DNA from: Myxococcales bacterium
GTDB lineage: Bacteria; Myxococcota_A; Polyangia; Polyangiales; Polyangiaceae
Length of the DNA stretch: 64,000 nt
NCBI GenBank assembly: GCA_016212965.1
Contig: JACRDA010000497.1
Span: 26,487-90,486, forward strand
Direction of reading: 5' to 3'
A program made the translations under genes and the position numbers. A model generated the notes under the pieces. The model searched no databases and was not told where the DNA came from. It was given only the letters and a program-made list of their open reading frames with translations. This document shows, in pieces, positions 37,015-46,900 of this stretch; within the stretch, counting starts at the first letter, position 1, and each line of letters starts with the position of its first letter.

Positions 37015-37208
37015 CTCAGTCTGGATTTCGCGCTGCGCGCGAGGCTTCGGGCTCCAGGCTCCAGGCTTCAGGCGGGATTCGGTCTTGCCGACCCATTCCG
37101 AGCTTGCCCGGTAGGTGACTTCGCGGCGGTCGACTCGGCGCGGATTCCTCCCTGAAGCCCGTAGCCGGTAGTCTGGAGCCTTCGCGCTCGCGCGAAATCG
37201 AGGCTCAG
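37015..37208. repeat. Long imperfect inverted repeat filling a convergent intergenic region (bidirectional terminator or MITE/REP-like element)
   Basis: The left arm (~37015-37085) and the reverse complement of the right arm (~37139-37208) share ordered blocks: GATTTCGCGC (37024-37033 vs 37190-37199), GCGCGA, GGCTCCAG, GGCTTCAGG and GGATT/GGAAT. There is also a short direct repeat, ggctccaggctccaggcttcagg. The right arm overlaps the stop codon of 37205..40720. Confidence 0.6.
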
Positions 37209-40200
37209 TCCGCGCGGCTCGGGACGTCGCTCTCCGGCAGGAGCTCGGCGTCCGGCACGGCGCTCTGGCCGATCCGCTCGCTGAGCGGCGCCATGTCGGC
37301 CACGTGGATCGCGCCCTCCTCGCCCGCGAGCTCGGCGCGCGCCGCGGCGAGCAGCGTGTCGCTCTTGCGCAGCCGGTCGTTGAGGACGCGGATGACGCCC
37401 ACGGCGAGCTCCGAGCTGGCGCGCACGGCGTCCTGGAACTCCTCGGTAGCCACGCGCAACAGGCGCACTTCCTCGCGTGCGGTGGCCGTGACGCCGCGCG
37501 CCTGACGCTCGAAGATGGACAGCTCGCCGAAGGCCTCGTTCGGACCGAGCACGGCGATCTCGCGCCCGTCGACGTCGAGCCCGACCGCGCCCGAGATGAT
37601 GAAGTAGAGCGCCGCGCCCATGGCGCCCTGGCGGAATACGACCTCGCCGCGGCCGAGGTCCACGACCTGGGCGCCGCGCGCCAGCTCCACGAGGTCCTCG
37701 CCGGCGACCTTCGCGAACACCGGCACCCGCTGCAGGAACAGGACCTTCTCGACGGTGGTGAACATGGGCGTCTCGACCGGGGGGGGTGTCGGGGGTGTGG
37801 CGTTCGACCCCGCGTCCGCATTGTGCAGCGCACGGCGCGCCCAGGCCAACACCACGGGGTCGGCGTCGCGACTCAGGGTGTCGAGGCAGCCGCGCGCGCC
37901 GTCCGGGCGCAGGCGCGCGAGGGCGAGGACGGCGTTCTCGCGCACGAGCGGGTGCGGATGGAAGGTCGCCTCGAGCGCGTAGGGTCCGACGTCGTAGAGG
38001 GCGTGGTGAGCGGCGGCCTCGAGCGCGAGGGCCGTCCGGTAGGGGATGCCGCCCTCGATCTCCTGCGACAGGAAGGTGACGGCGTAGGCGGCGCGCGGTC
38101 CGAGTGGCGGCTCCGGGAAGCGCCCGGCCACGAGCTCGGCGAGGCGCTCGGCCATGCGGACGAAGCGCTCGCCGAGGGCGCGATCGAGCAGGGCCGTCAG
38201 GAGCTCGATGGCGTTGGCGCGCCGGGCCGGCTCGGCGTCGAAGAGGCGCGCCCGCACCGAGGCGATGGCCTCGCGCGGGTAGCCGAGCTCGCACAGGCGC
38301 AGCGCGCGGACGAGCGCGCGGCGCAGCCGGTCGAGCACGTGCGCCTCGAGCAGCGGACGCAGGACCAGCGGCCGCACCTCGAGGTACTCCTCGCACAGGC
38401 GCTCGTGGCACGCGAGCTCGCGCAGGATGCGCGGCCGCAGTGGCGCGAGGGGCACGCGCGGCAGGGCGAGCGCGCGGCGCGCCCGCGAGGCGGCCGCCAC
38501 CACCCGCCCGCGCACGAGCTCGTCCTCGACGTCGACGTGGCGCAGCAGGGCGTCGAAGGCGCTGCGATGGTCGATGCGCCCGAGCACGCGGGGAACCGCC
38601 AGGCGCAGGCCGGGCGCCGCGTCGGGGTCGGCGAGCTCCCGCTCGAGGGCGGGGACGGCCTCGGAGCCGAGGGCGGCGAGCGCGAGCTCGGCCTCGCGCC
38701 GCAGCGCCGGCTCGCCGAGGGCGCGCAGCATCGAGGCGAGCAGGCGCGCCGGTCGCACGCGCACCGCGGCCGCGAGCGCGGCACGCCGCACCTCGCGCTC
38801 GGGGTCGTCGCACAGCGGCGCGAGCGAGCGCACGAGCGAGCCCTTGCCCACCATGCCGAGCACGTGCGCGGCCGAGATGCGCTCGGACGCGAGGGGGCTG
38901 TGGAGCAGGGCGGCGAGGCGCGGCGCCCCGAGCAACATGCCGTCGAGCCCGCAGTGCAAGAGCAGCTCGGCGGTCGCGGTCTCGCGCAGGGCCGGGTCGT
39001 CGTCCCGCGCCGCGAGCGCCTCGAGCTCGCCGAGCACGTCCTCGTGCCGGCAGGTCGCGAGCGCCTCGATGGCGCGGCGCCGCACCTCGACGTCGGGGTC
39101 CGTGAGCGCGGCGCGCGCCAGCTCCGGGGCGGCCTCGTGATCGAGCTCGCGCGCGAGCCCGAGGGCGAGGGCGCGCACGCGCGGCGCCGCGTGGCGCGCG
39201 AGCTTCGGGACCGCGGCGCGCAGGCTCGGCGGGTCGAGCTCCCGTAGCTTCTGGGCGGCGAAGCCCACGCGCAGGGCGTCGTCGCTGGCGAGCGCCTCGC
39301 AGAGGCCCGCGAGGGCGGTGCGGTCGAGCTCGCCGTCGCCTCCGACGTCGTGGCGCATGAGCGAGCGGCGCATGGCGTCGAGGTAGCCGCGTCGCAGGGC
39401 GGGCATGAGCCCGAGCACGCCGAGGCCGAGCGGCACCGTCACGAGGGCGAGCAGCGAGACCTCGGTCACGAGCTCCGGTCCCGGGGCTGCGTCGGCGCCC
39501 GGCGCGAGCAGCACGAGCGCGAGCCCGCCGAGCCCGTAGCCGAGCGGCTTCACGATGCCGGCGAGCAGGGTCCGGACGCGCGAGCGCTGCTCGCTCGGGT
39601 AGGGGAAGAGCAGCATCTGCAGCGAGGCCTCGTGGACCGTGAACTGCAGCCCGTTGTCGCTGCCCTTCATGACGGCTGCGAGCCCGAGGCTCGGGTAGAG
39701 CCCGACGGCCGCGCTCGCGAGCGTGAACACGAGCGGCACGAGCACCATGCCCGCCATCACGCCGAAGCGCTCGAGCAGGCGCGGCGCCACGACGAGCTGC
39801 ACCACCACGGCCGCCGCCCCGAGCACGCCGTAGAACAGGCCCATGAAGCTCGCGAGCGCGTCGCGGTCGGGCAGGGCGCTCCGGGCAATGGCCTTCCACT
39901 GGTAGTCGCCCACCGTGAGGATGGCGAAGAGCACGAGCGTCGCGAGCGCGATGGTGCGCGCGTAGCGCGAGCGCAGCACCGGCAGGCGGCGCAGCCGCGC
40001 CTCGATGACCCCCTCGCCCGCCGCCCGCGGCTCGGGCAGGCGGCTGCCCCGCGCCAGCAGCCACACGAGCGCGCCGAAGAGCGCGAAGGCCGCCATGAGC
40101 ACGTAGAACAGGTCGAGCGTGCCGACGGCGTGCGCGAGCGCGCCAGTGAGAAAGCCGCTCACGGTCATGCCGACCACGCGGCCGGTCGCGATCCAGCCGA

Positions 40201-40720
40201 ACGCGCGCCGGGCGCTGCGCGCATCGTGGAGGTCCTGTGCCAGCGTCCAGCCGACGACGGCCATGAGGTTCGCGACGACCTCGCTCCACACGTAGAAGAC
40301 GACGTAGGCCCACGCGACGTCGAGCCCGATGAGGATGCGGAGCACGCCGTAGCTCACGCAGCCGACGGCCGCGAAGCCGAGCGCGAAGCCGCGCCGCGGC
40401 AGCCGGTCGGCGAGGCGCGCGTAGCCGACGGCCACGAGCCCCGCGACCGCCGCGTACGCGATCCACATCGGCGCGACCCACCGCACCGGGAAGCGGGTGA
40501 GGAAGAGCGCGTCGCGCGCCGCGCGCCCCACGACGAGCACGAGCGCCGCGAGGAAGAGCAAGAGGAAGAGCAGCGCCGTGCGCGTGGCCGCGTCGAGCTC
40601 ACGCTCCGGGCCCCGGGTGCCGTCCGGCCCGCCACCCTCGGCGGCCGCGTCGAGCGCGAGGTGCGGCGGGCGCCCGACCGCGTCCTCGGCGGCGAGCGGA
40701 TCCGGGCTCTCGTCCTGCAT
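37205..40720 (-). CDS. Fusion protein: 12-TM MFS/ATP:ADP-antiporter-like (TLC/Npt-type) transporter domain + HEAT repeats + C-terminal cyclic-nucleotide-binding domain
   Basis: From ORF 37205..40738(-). ATG at 40720 (MQDESPD), with an alternative GTG at 40738. The N-terminal ~430 aa is polytopic (LFLLLFLAALVLVVGRAARDALFLTRF..., as in nucleotide-transporter/MFS families). The middle has repeated ..DPD.EVRRRAIEAL.. and ..DDPEREVRRAAL.. HEAT/PBS-lyase units. The C-terminus is cNMP-binding (FLQRVPVFAKVAGEDLVELA...GEVVFRQGAMGAALYFIISGAV...GPNEAFGELS). Confidence 0.75.
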   Translation of the reverse strand: MQDESPDPLAAEDAVGRPPHLALDAAAEGGGPDGTRGPERELDAATRTALLFLLLFLAALVLVVGRAARDALFLTRFPVRWVAPMWIAYAAVAGLVAVGYARLADRLPRRGFALGFAAVGCVSYGVLRILIGLDVAWAYVVFYVWSEVVANLMAVVGWTLAQDLHDARSARRAFGWIATGRVVGMTVSGFLTGALAHAVGTLDLFYVLMAAFALFGALVWLLARGSRLPEPRAAGEGVIEARLRRLPVLRSRYARTIALATLVLFAILTVGDYQWKAIARSALPDRDALASFMGLFYGVLGAAAVVVQLVVAPRLLERFGVMAGMVLVPLVFTLASAAVGLYPSLGLAAVMKGSDNGLQFTVHEASLQMLLFPYPSEQRSRVRTLLAGIVKPLGYGLGGLALVLLAPGADAAPGPELVTEVSLLALVTVPLGLGVLGLMPALRRGYLDAMRRSLMRHDVGGDGELDRTALAGLCEALASDDALRVGFAAQKLRELDPPSLRAAVPKLARHAAPRVRALALGLARELDHEAAPELARAALTDPDVEVRRRAIEALATCRHEDVLGELEALAARDDDPALRETATAELLLHCGLDGMLLGAPRLAALLHSPLASERISAAHVLGMVGKGSLVRSLAPLCDDPEREVRRAALAAAVRVRPARLLASMLRALGEPALRREAELALAALGSEAVPALERELADPDAAPGLRLAVPRVLGRIDHRSAFDALLRHVDVEDELVRGRVVAAASRARRALALPRVPLAPLRPRILRELACHERLCEEYLEVRPLVLRPLLEAHVLDRLRRALVRALRLCELGYPREAIASVRARLFDAEPARRANAIELLTALLDRALGERFVRMAERLAELVAGRFPEPPLGPRAAYAVTFLSQEIEGGIPYRTALALEAAAHHALYDVGPYALEATFHPHPLVRENAVLALARLRPDGARGCLDTLSRDADPVVLAWARRALHNADAGSNATPPTPPPVETPMFTTVEKVLFLQRVPVFAKVAGEDLVELARGAQVVDLGRGEVVFRQGAMGAALYFIISGAVGLDVDGREIAVLGPNEAFGELSIFERQARGVTATAREEVRLLRVATEEFQDAVRASSELAVGVIRVLNDRLRKSDTLLAAARAELAGEEGAIHVADMAPLSERIGQSAVPDAELLPESDVPSRAD

Positions 40721-40777
40721 CGGCCCGCATTGGACCACGTTCGTGCACCCGGCGCACGAAGGTGCCCGGCGCGCCCG

Positions 40778-41506
40778 CTACGCCCCGCGATCCGTTGCGT
40801 CCGGCGCAAGAGCGCGCGCCACACCGGCCACCGACGCGAGCGTCTCGCGAAACGCCATGGCGCCGCGCGTGCGGCCCGCGGCGACGAAGCGAAACGCGCG
40901 CGTCGGCCCGAGCCGCGCGGAGCCGCTCGCCAGGAAGGCGTCGACGGCGGCGCGGGCGTCCTCGGGGAGCGCCGCGAGCCACGCTTCGGCCGCGGCGCGG
41001 TCGTCGGCCACGAGGCGACCTCCCGGCGGCAGGAGCGCACTCGCGACCCCGTCGTCCGGCGCGGGCGGCCCGACGAAGCGCACCCCCGGCGCGAGCCCCG
41101 GCGCGTCGAGCGCAAGGGGCGCGGCGGCGAGCCAGGCGATGGCTCCCGGGCGACCGCCGACGGCGCGGCCGAGGACGAGCTCGACCTCGACGCCGTCGAT
41201 GCGGCCGCGGAAGGCTTGGGTGACGGCCTCGCAGGGGTAGCCGCGCGCCGGCCCCTCCGCCGCGCCGTCGCGCACGAGGCCGAGCTCCTGCGCCGCGGCG
41301 TGGGCCGCGAGCTCGACCGCCCGCGTCGCCCGCAGCCCCTCGGTGCCGAGCCACAAGAGGACACCGAGCAGCGCGAAGTTGCCGAGCACGACGACCGGCA
41401 GGAACGCGTCGGCCGCGAGGGCGAGCGCGAGGAGAGCGAAGAGGCCGAGCGCTACCACCGGCAGGAACCAGCGCTTTCGGCCGACGTCCGCGACGCTCCT
41501 CGCCAT
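40778..41506 (-). CDS. Hypothetical membrane protein (2 TM plus soluble domain)
   Basis: This is the last 242 codons of ORF 40778..44071(-), starting at ATG 41506 (MARSVADVGRKRWFLPVVALGLFALLALALAADAFLPVVVLGNFALLGVLLWL...). GC3 is high. No family recognised. Confidence 0.5.
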   Translation of the reverse strand: MARSVADVGRKRWFLPVVALGLFALLALALAADAFLPVVVLGNFALLGVLLWLGTEGLRATRAVELAAHAAAQELGLVRDGAAEGPARGYPCEAVTQAFRGRIDGVEVELVLGRAVGGRPGAIAWLAAAPLALDAPGLAPGVRFVGPPAPDDGVASALLPPGGRLVADDRAAAEAWLAALPEDARAAVDAFLASGSARLGPTRAFRFVAAGRTRGAMAFRETLASVAGVARALAPDATDRGA

Positions 41507-41682
41507 GGCATCTCGCGCTCTACGACGGGGGCGCGCGGCTGTCGAACGCCTGGGCACTCCCGACGGCGAGTGCCCCGGCAAGCTCGTGTGCAGCGGCCAG
41601 GGGCGCGCCTGCATCGAGTGGCAGGGCGTGCTGCCCGAGGAGCCGTGGCCGAAGTGAGCGGGCCGTGCAGGGGACGCCGTGC

Positions 41683-43884
41683 CTACGGGCAGCGCGCGAC
41701 CCAGCCGACCGCGTTCGTGACGAGCCGCTGGACGTTGGCGTTGGTCCAGCCGTTCGGCGCGTAGTTGCCCGCGTGGGCGAGGTGGACGACGCGTCCGACG
41801 CCCGTGTTCCGGATGGCGACGGCGTCGATGGCCTGCGGGCTGCCGGCGATGCGGAGCACGCTCGGCGCGAACTTGGTGACCCCGACGTTGGACGTCGAGG
41901 CGAAGGTGAAGCTCCCGGGCAGGCCCGCCCACAGCGGGTGGGACGCGAAGGCCGCGTCGACGGTGTACGTGACCTGCCCGCTGTAGGCGACGGTGCGCTG
42001 CAGGAGCACGAGCGGCTTGACCGTTTGCCAGCGGTTCTGCGCCACGTGGTAGGCCGCCCACTCGGTCAGGACGACGCCGCCGCCCGCGAGGTTCGCGAAG
42101 TCGACGAGCGCCTGCTGTCCGGCGACCGGCATGTCCGTGGTGAACGACGCGCCCGGTCCCCCGGCGAGCACGAGCACCGCGCCGAAGCCCGCGAGCGCCG
42201 GGTTCGCGCCGTTGTACTGGTACGACGGCGTGGGGCTCGTCGTGACGGTGTAGCCCGCGGCGCCGAGGGCCGTGGCGAGCACGGCCGTACCCGTGTCGCT
42301 GTCGTCCTTGATGACGAGCACCGTCTTCTCGCACACGCAGGCGGCGTTGACACACGAGCCGGAGTGGCACTTCACGCCGCAGCCGCCGCAGTTGTTCGGG
42401 TCGGTGAGCGTGTCGAACTCGCAGCCGTCGGCCGGGTCGTCGTTGCAGTCCGAGAAGCCGGGGTTGCACGCCGCGAGGCCGCACACGCTGCCCACGCACG
42501 ACGGCGTGGCGTTCGGCGGGACCGGGCACACGTTGTTGCAGATGTTGCAGTGGGCGACGTCGGTGGTCGTGTCCACCTCGCAGCCGTCCGCCGGCAGGAC
42601 GTTGCAGTCGGCGCGCCCCACGACGCACGACGCGACGCCGCACGTGCCCTGGTCGCAGCCGCGCTGCCCGAAGGGCACCGCGGGGCAGACGTTGCCGCAG
42701 GAGCTGCAGTGGGCGACGTCGTTCATGAGGTTCGTCTCGCAGCCGTCGCCGGCGCCGCCGGTGCAGTCGTCGAAGCCGACGGCGCACGAGCCGATGCCGC
42801 ACGCGAAGCCCGTGCACGACGGCGTGCCGTTCGCGATGGCGGGGCAGGCGTTGAGGCAGGCGCCGCAGTGCTGTACGTCGTTCGCCAGATCGACCTCGCA
42901 GCCATCGGCGACGAGGCCGTTGCAGTCGGCGTAGCCGGACTCGCAGCCGCCGATCTCGCAGGCGCTGTTCACGCACGCCGGGTAGGAGTGCGGCATCGTC
43001 GCGCAGGGTGAGCCGCAGAGGCCGCAGTGCTCCGAGTCGGTCGCGAGGAAGGTCTCGCAGCCGTCGAAGGTGGACGCGTCGCAGTCGTCGTAGCCGAGGT
43101 CGCAGCTGCCGATGACGCAGGCCGCCCCGACGCAGTCGGGGGTCGCGTGCGGCAGGGGCGGGCAGACGTAGCCGCACGCCGCGCAGTTCTGCGCGTCCGT
43201 CGTCAGATCGACCTCGCAGCCGTCGAGCGGGATGTCGAGGTTGCAGTCGCCGAAGCCGAACAGGCAGCCGCCGAAGGTGCAGTTGCCCGCGAGGCAGTCG
43301 GGCTCGGCGTTCGGGGGCGCGACGCAGGCATTGCCGCAGGTCGTGCAGTTGAGCGGATCGGTGCCGAGGTTCACCTCGCAGCCGTCGGCGAGCACGTCGT
43401 TGCAGTCGTCGAAGCCCTGCACGCACGCGAGGATCCCGCACTGCCCGGAGACGCACGCGGGGGTCGCGTGCGCGAAGAGGCACAGGGTGTCGCAGTCGCC
43501 GCAGTTCGTCACGCCGCTGGCGAGGTCGGCCTCGCAGCCGTCCTCCGACAGGCCGTTGCAGTTGTCGAAGCCGAAGGCGCACTCGAGCGCGCACTCCCCC
43601 GCGACGCAGATCCCGCTCGCGTTGTTGCCTCCGTTGCAGTCGATGCCGCAGTCGCCGCAGTTCGCGGCGTCGCTGTCGAGGTCGGAGCAGAAGCCGTCGC
43701 AGCACACCTCGTCGACGGCGCACCCGACGTCGCAGCTCACGGCCGCCCCGCCGCCGCCCGCGGTGCCGCCCTGCCCGCCGTCCTCGCAGTCGACGCAGAA
43801 GGCGAGCGTCGTGCAGCCGTGGACCGAGGCCGCGCCGCCGAGCAGCAGGGCCGCCGCCCCGAGGGCGAGGGTCACGCGGCTCAT
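41683..43884 (-). CDS. Secreted protein with ~10 tandem Cys-rich ~42-aa repeats fused to a C-terminal ThuA-like (class-I glutamine-amidotransferase-fold) domain
   Basis: From ORF 41683..43920(-). ATG at 43884 (MSRVTLALGAAALLLGGAASVHGC) has GAGGAGG upstream. The repeat unit is C..GF.DCN....DGCE..L.TD..NCG.CG..C.......C..G.C and spans 42328-~43750. The C-terminal 214 aa (41686-42327) reads VLVIKDDSD...VVLTEWAAYH...HPLWAGLP.SF.F...GRVVHLAHAGN...GWTN..VQRLV.NAVGW, matching the ThuA pattern as I recall it. Confidence 0.7.
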   Translation of the reverse strand: MSRVTLALGAAALLLGGAASVHGCTTLAFCVDCEDGGQGGTAGGGGAAVSCDVGCAVDEVCCDGFCSDLDSDAANCGDCGIDCNGGNNASGICVAGECALECAFGFDNCNGLSEDGCEADLASGVTNCGDCDTLCLFAHATPACVSGQCGILACVQGFDDCNDVLADGCEVNLGTDPLNCTTCGNACVAPPNAEPDCLAGNCTFGGCLFGFGDCNLDIPLDGCEVDLTTDAQNCAACGYVCPPLPHATPDCVGAACVIGSCDLGYDDCDASTFDGCETFLATDSEHCGLCGSPCATMPHSYPACVNSACEIGGCESGYADCNGLVADGCEVDLANDVQHCGACLNACPAIANGTPSCTGFACGIGSCAVGFDDCTGGAGDGCETNLMNDVAHCSSCGNVCPAVPFGQRGCDQGTCGVASCVVGRADCNVLPADGCEVDTTTDVAHCNICNNVCPVPPNATPSCVGSVCGLAACNPGFSDCNDDPADGCEFDTLTDPNNCGGCGVKCHSGSCVNAACVCEKTVLVIKDDSDTGTAVLATALGAAGYTVTTSPTPSYQYNGANPALAGFGAVLVLAGGPGASFTTDMPVAGQQALVDFANLAGGGVVLTEWAAYHVAQNRWQTVKPLVLLQRTVAYSGQVTYTVDAAFASHPLWAGLPGSFTFASTSNVGVTKFAPSVLRIAGSPQAIDAVAIRNTGVGRVVHLAHAGNYAPNGWTNANVQRLVTNAVGWVARCP

Positions 43885-43916
43885 GACGGCGGGGCGGCCT
43901 CCTCGCTCCGGGCGCG

Positions 43917-46900
43917 TCACCGGTCACCCCGACTCGGCTGGCTCGGCTCCGCGCCGGCGCCGCGACGACGCCGGCGCGCGAGCACGAGGCCGAGCGCCGA
44001 CAGAGCCGCCACGAGCGCCGCCTCGGAGTCCCGGTCGTCACCCGCGAGCACGCAGGCGCAGCCGCCTCCACCGGTCGCGAGCCGCCAGTCGCCCGCCGGT
44101 GCGTGGCCGTTGCCCGTGCCGCCCTGGCCCGTGCCGCCGTGGCTCGTGCCGCCCGTGGGCGGGCTGCCGCCGGCGCTCTGCCCGCCGCCGCCGGTCGGGG
44201 CCGAGCCTCCGGTGCCGCTGCCGCCGGCGCCGCCAGTGCCCTGATCCTCGCACAGGCCGTTCACGCAGGTCTGCCCCGACGGGCACACCGTGTTGGCGCA
44301 GCTGATCGGTACGCAGTGCCCGTCGTAGCATTGCTGTCCGGCCGGACACGGGAACTCGCCGGGCGAACAGGGCGCCACGCACTGGCCCCACAGGCAGATG
44401 TCGGAGGGCGAGGGGCAGTTGCCCGGGAGGTCGACGATGCCGTTGCAGTCGTTGTCCGCTCCGTCGCAGACCTCGAGCCCGGGCTTGACCGCACCGACGC
44501 AGTCGAACTGCCCGTTGACGCACACGAGCTGACCCGGCTGGCAAGGCGCCTGGTCGTAGGGCGACTGGGGCACGTCACACGGCTGGCCGACCTGCGGATC
44601 GTTCGGCGTGCAGCAGGTCGGATCGTCGAGGTGCTGGCAGGTCCCGCCGGGCCCGGTGCAGCTGTCGGTCGTGCACGGGTCGCCGTCGCTGCAGTCGGGG
44701 TCGACGTTGCAGCACCCGAGCGGCTTGAGGTCCACGAGCGTGCACGTGCCCGACAGGATCTCGCAGCCGTTCTGCGTGCAGAGATCGTCGGGGTTCTCCC
44801 GGCAGTCGGCGTCCACGGTGCAGCAGCCCGGGGTCGGGGTGTGCTGACACAGGTTGTTCGGCGGGCAGACGTCGACGCTGCAGCCGTTGCCGTCGTCGCA
44901 GTCGGCGTCGGTCTGGCAGCAGCCGCTGATCGGGGTCGACGTGCAGGTCCCGCCCGGCCCCGAGCACTGGTCGACGGTGCAGAACACGCCGTCGTCGCAG
45001 TTCGAGCTCGAGTTGCAGCAGTTCGGCACCGGCGCGTGGTTGCACGCGTTGATCGCGACGTTGCACGTGTCGGTGGTGCACAGGTCGGAATCGTTGCAGT
45101 CGGGATCCTGGGCGCAGCAGTCGAACACGGGCGCGTGCTGGCACTGGCCGCCGGGGGTCGGACACACGTCGGCCGTGCACGGGTTGCCGTCGTCGCAGTC
45201 GGTGTTCGAGATGCAGCAGCTCTGGTCGATGGGGTCGCACGGGCCGACGACCGTCACGTCGGACAGCACCGACGTGACCCAGCCCGGGCCCTTGAGGTTG
45301 GTGCGCACCTGCACGTAGCGGCCGGCGATGCCGGCGAGCGGCGCGCCGTTGACGGCCGGCGCGTACGCCGCCTGGCCCAGGGCCGCGAGCGTGTTGGCCG
45401 CGCGCACGTTGACGGTGAGCGAGGTCAGGGCCGGCACCGCGCCCTGCGGCTCGAGGTTCCAGCGGACCGTCGACCACGGGATGTCGTCTGCGCCGCCGTC
45501 GTAGCCCGAGGAGTCCCAGCTGCCGAGATAGGTGTACGGTGCCTGGCGATCGATCTGGACGCCGGTGAAGTCGCTGTAGAGGTAGGGCCCGTAGTTGTAC
45601 GCGTTCTGCCCCGGGGGCATCGGCACGGCGCCGCGATCGATGGGGTAGGCGGTGCGGCCGCAGTTCGCAGCGGTCTGGACCGGATCGAAGCGCACCAGGT
45701 GGTTGGGCCCGTCCTGCACCGACCAGATGAAGCCGTCGAAGTCGACCGACAGGCCGTGCGGGTTGGCGCCGCCCGTCGGGCAGGTGGCCTCGATGACATT
45801 GGTCGTCGGGTTGATGCGGTAGACGTTGTTGCTGCTGTACCCCGAGGCCCAGATCTTGCCGTTGAGGTCGTAGGTCACGGCCGTGACCTGGCTCGGCACG
45901 GAGACGCAGGTGCAGGTGGGTGGGCTGGCGTCGAAGTCGACCTTGTAGACGCCCGTGCCCGAGTAGCCGCCGGCCCACGCCTTGTGGGTGCCCGGGATGG
46001 CCACGAGGCCGTACACGCTGCCGCAGGTGCCGACGCCGCCGCCGCACGTGACCGAGTCGGCCTGGGCGATGTTGTTGATGTGGATGCGGATGATCTGCCC
46101 GGTGTTGCCAACGCCCGACCAGCCCGGGTTCGACGTGAGGTAGATGTAGTCGTCCGCCGTCGCCGCCGAGTAGAACCAGGCCGTGGTCGGCCAGCCGAAG
46201 GCGGGTGTGAAGACGCGCGACGTCTCGAGCGCGACCGGCTCGTTCGGGTTGAAGCGGTAAACGGTGTGGCCTTGCCAGTTCGCGACCCAGATCTTGCCCT
46301 CGCGATCGACCGCCACCGCGCGGGGAATGTCCCCGACCGCGCCGACGGGAATGGTCGTGAGGATGCACTCGTCGGCCTGCGCGTAGTACTCGACCTCGGC
46401 CGCGGGGGTGCCGAGGGCGGGAGTCTTGTACGGGTCGACGATGCCGTCGCCGTTGGCGTCGTGCGAGGTGTCGATGACGCCGTTGTTGTTGCGATCGATG
46501 CAGTGGGCGAGGTTGCCGGAGAACTTCGAGAGGCTGCCCTGCTTCGCGCCCTCGTAGTAGGCGCGGTTGGCGATCCACACGTCGCCGTTGGTGTCGACCG
46601 CGACGCGGCCCGGGTTGTTGCCCGACGTCGAGGCGCCCGTCGGCAGACCGTTGATGGAGGTGAGCACCGAGTCGAAGCGCGCGGTCTGCCGGCCGAGCGT
46701 GGGGCCGAGGGTCGTGTCGATGCGCACGAGCCAGCCGGGGCTGAGCGGCGTCGGCGCCGTGCCGCCCGGCGAGGTGTTGCTGACCCAGACGAGCCGGGTC
46801 TTCGAGACCGCCGTGCGGCCGAGCACGAGCTGGTCGTTGACGGGGGCGTGCCGGACGTTGTCGAGGATGCCGAGGTCGAAGTCGGCGTTGGTGGTGAACG

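Noticed and set aside
42328-43750. Strong ~126-nt periodicity that could be mistaken for a repeat array or CRISPR-like structure
   Set aside because: The periodicity is in frame and encodes the 42-aa Cys-rich protein repeat. The units are diverged, there are no spacers, and no cas genes are present.
41507-44071. The upper part of the 1097-aa minus-strand ORF 40778..44071
   Set aside because: It is out of frame with the convincing Cys-repeat/ThuA-like gene 41683..43884, and the translation is Arg/Gly-rich. Only the last 242 codons (from ATG 41506) look like a real membrane protein.
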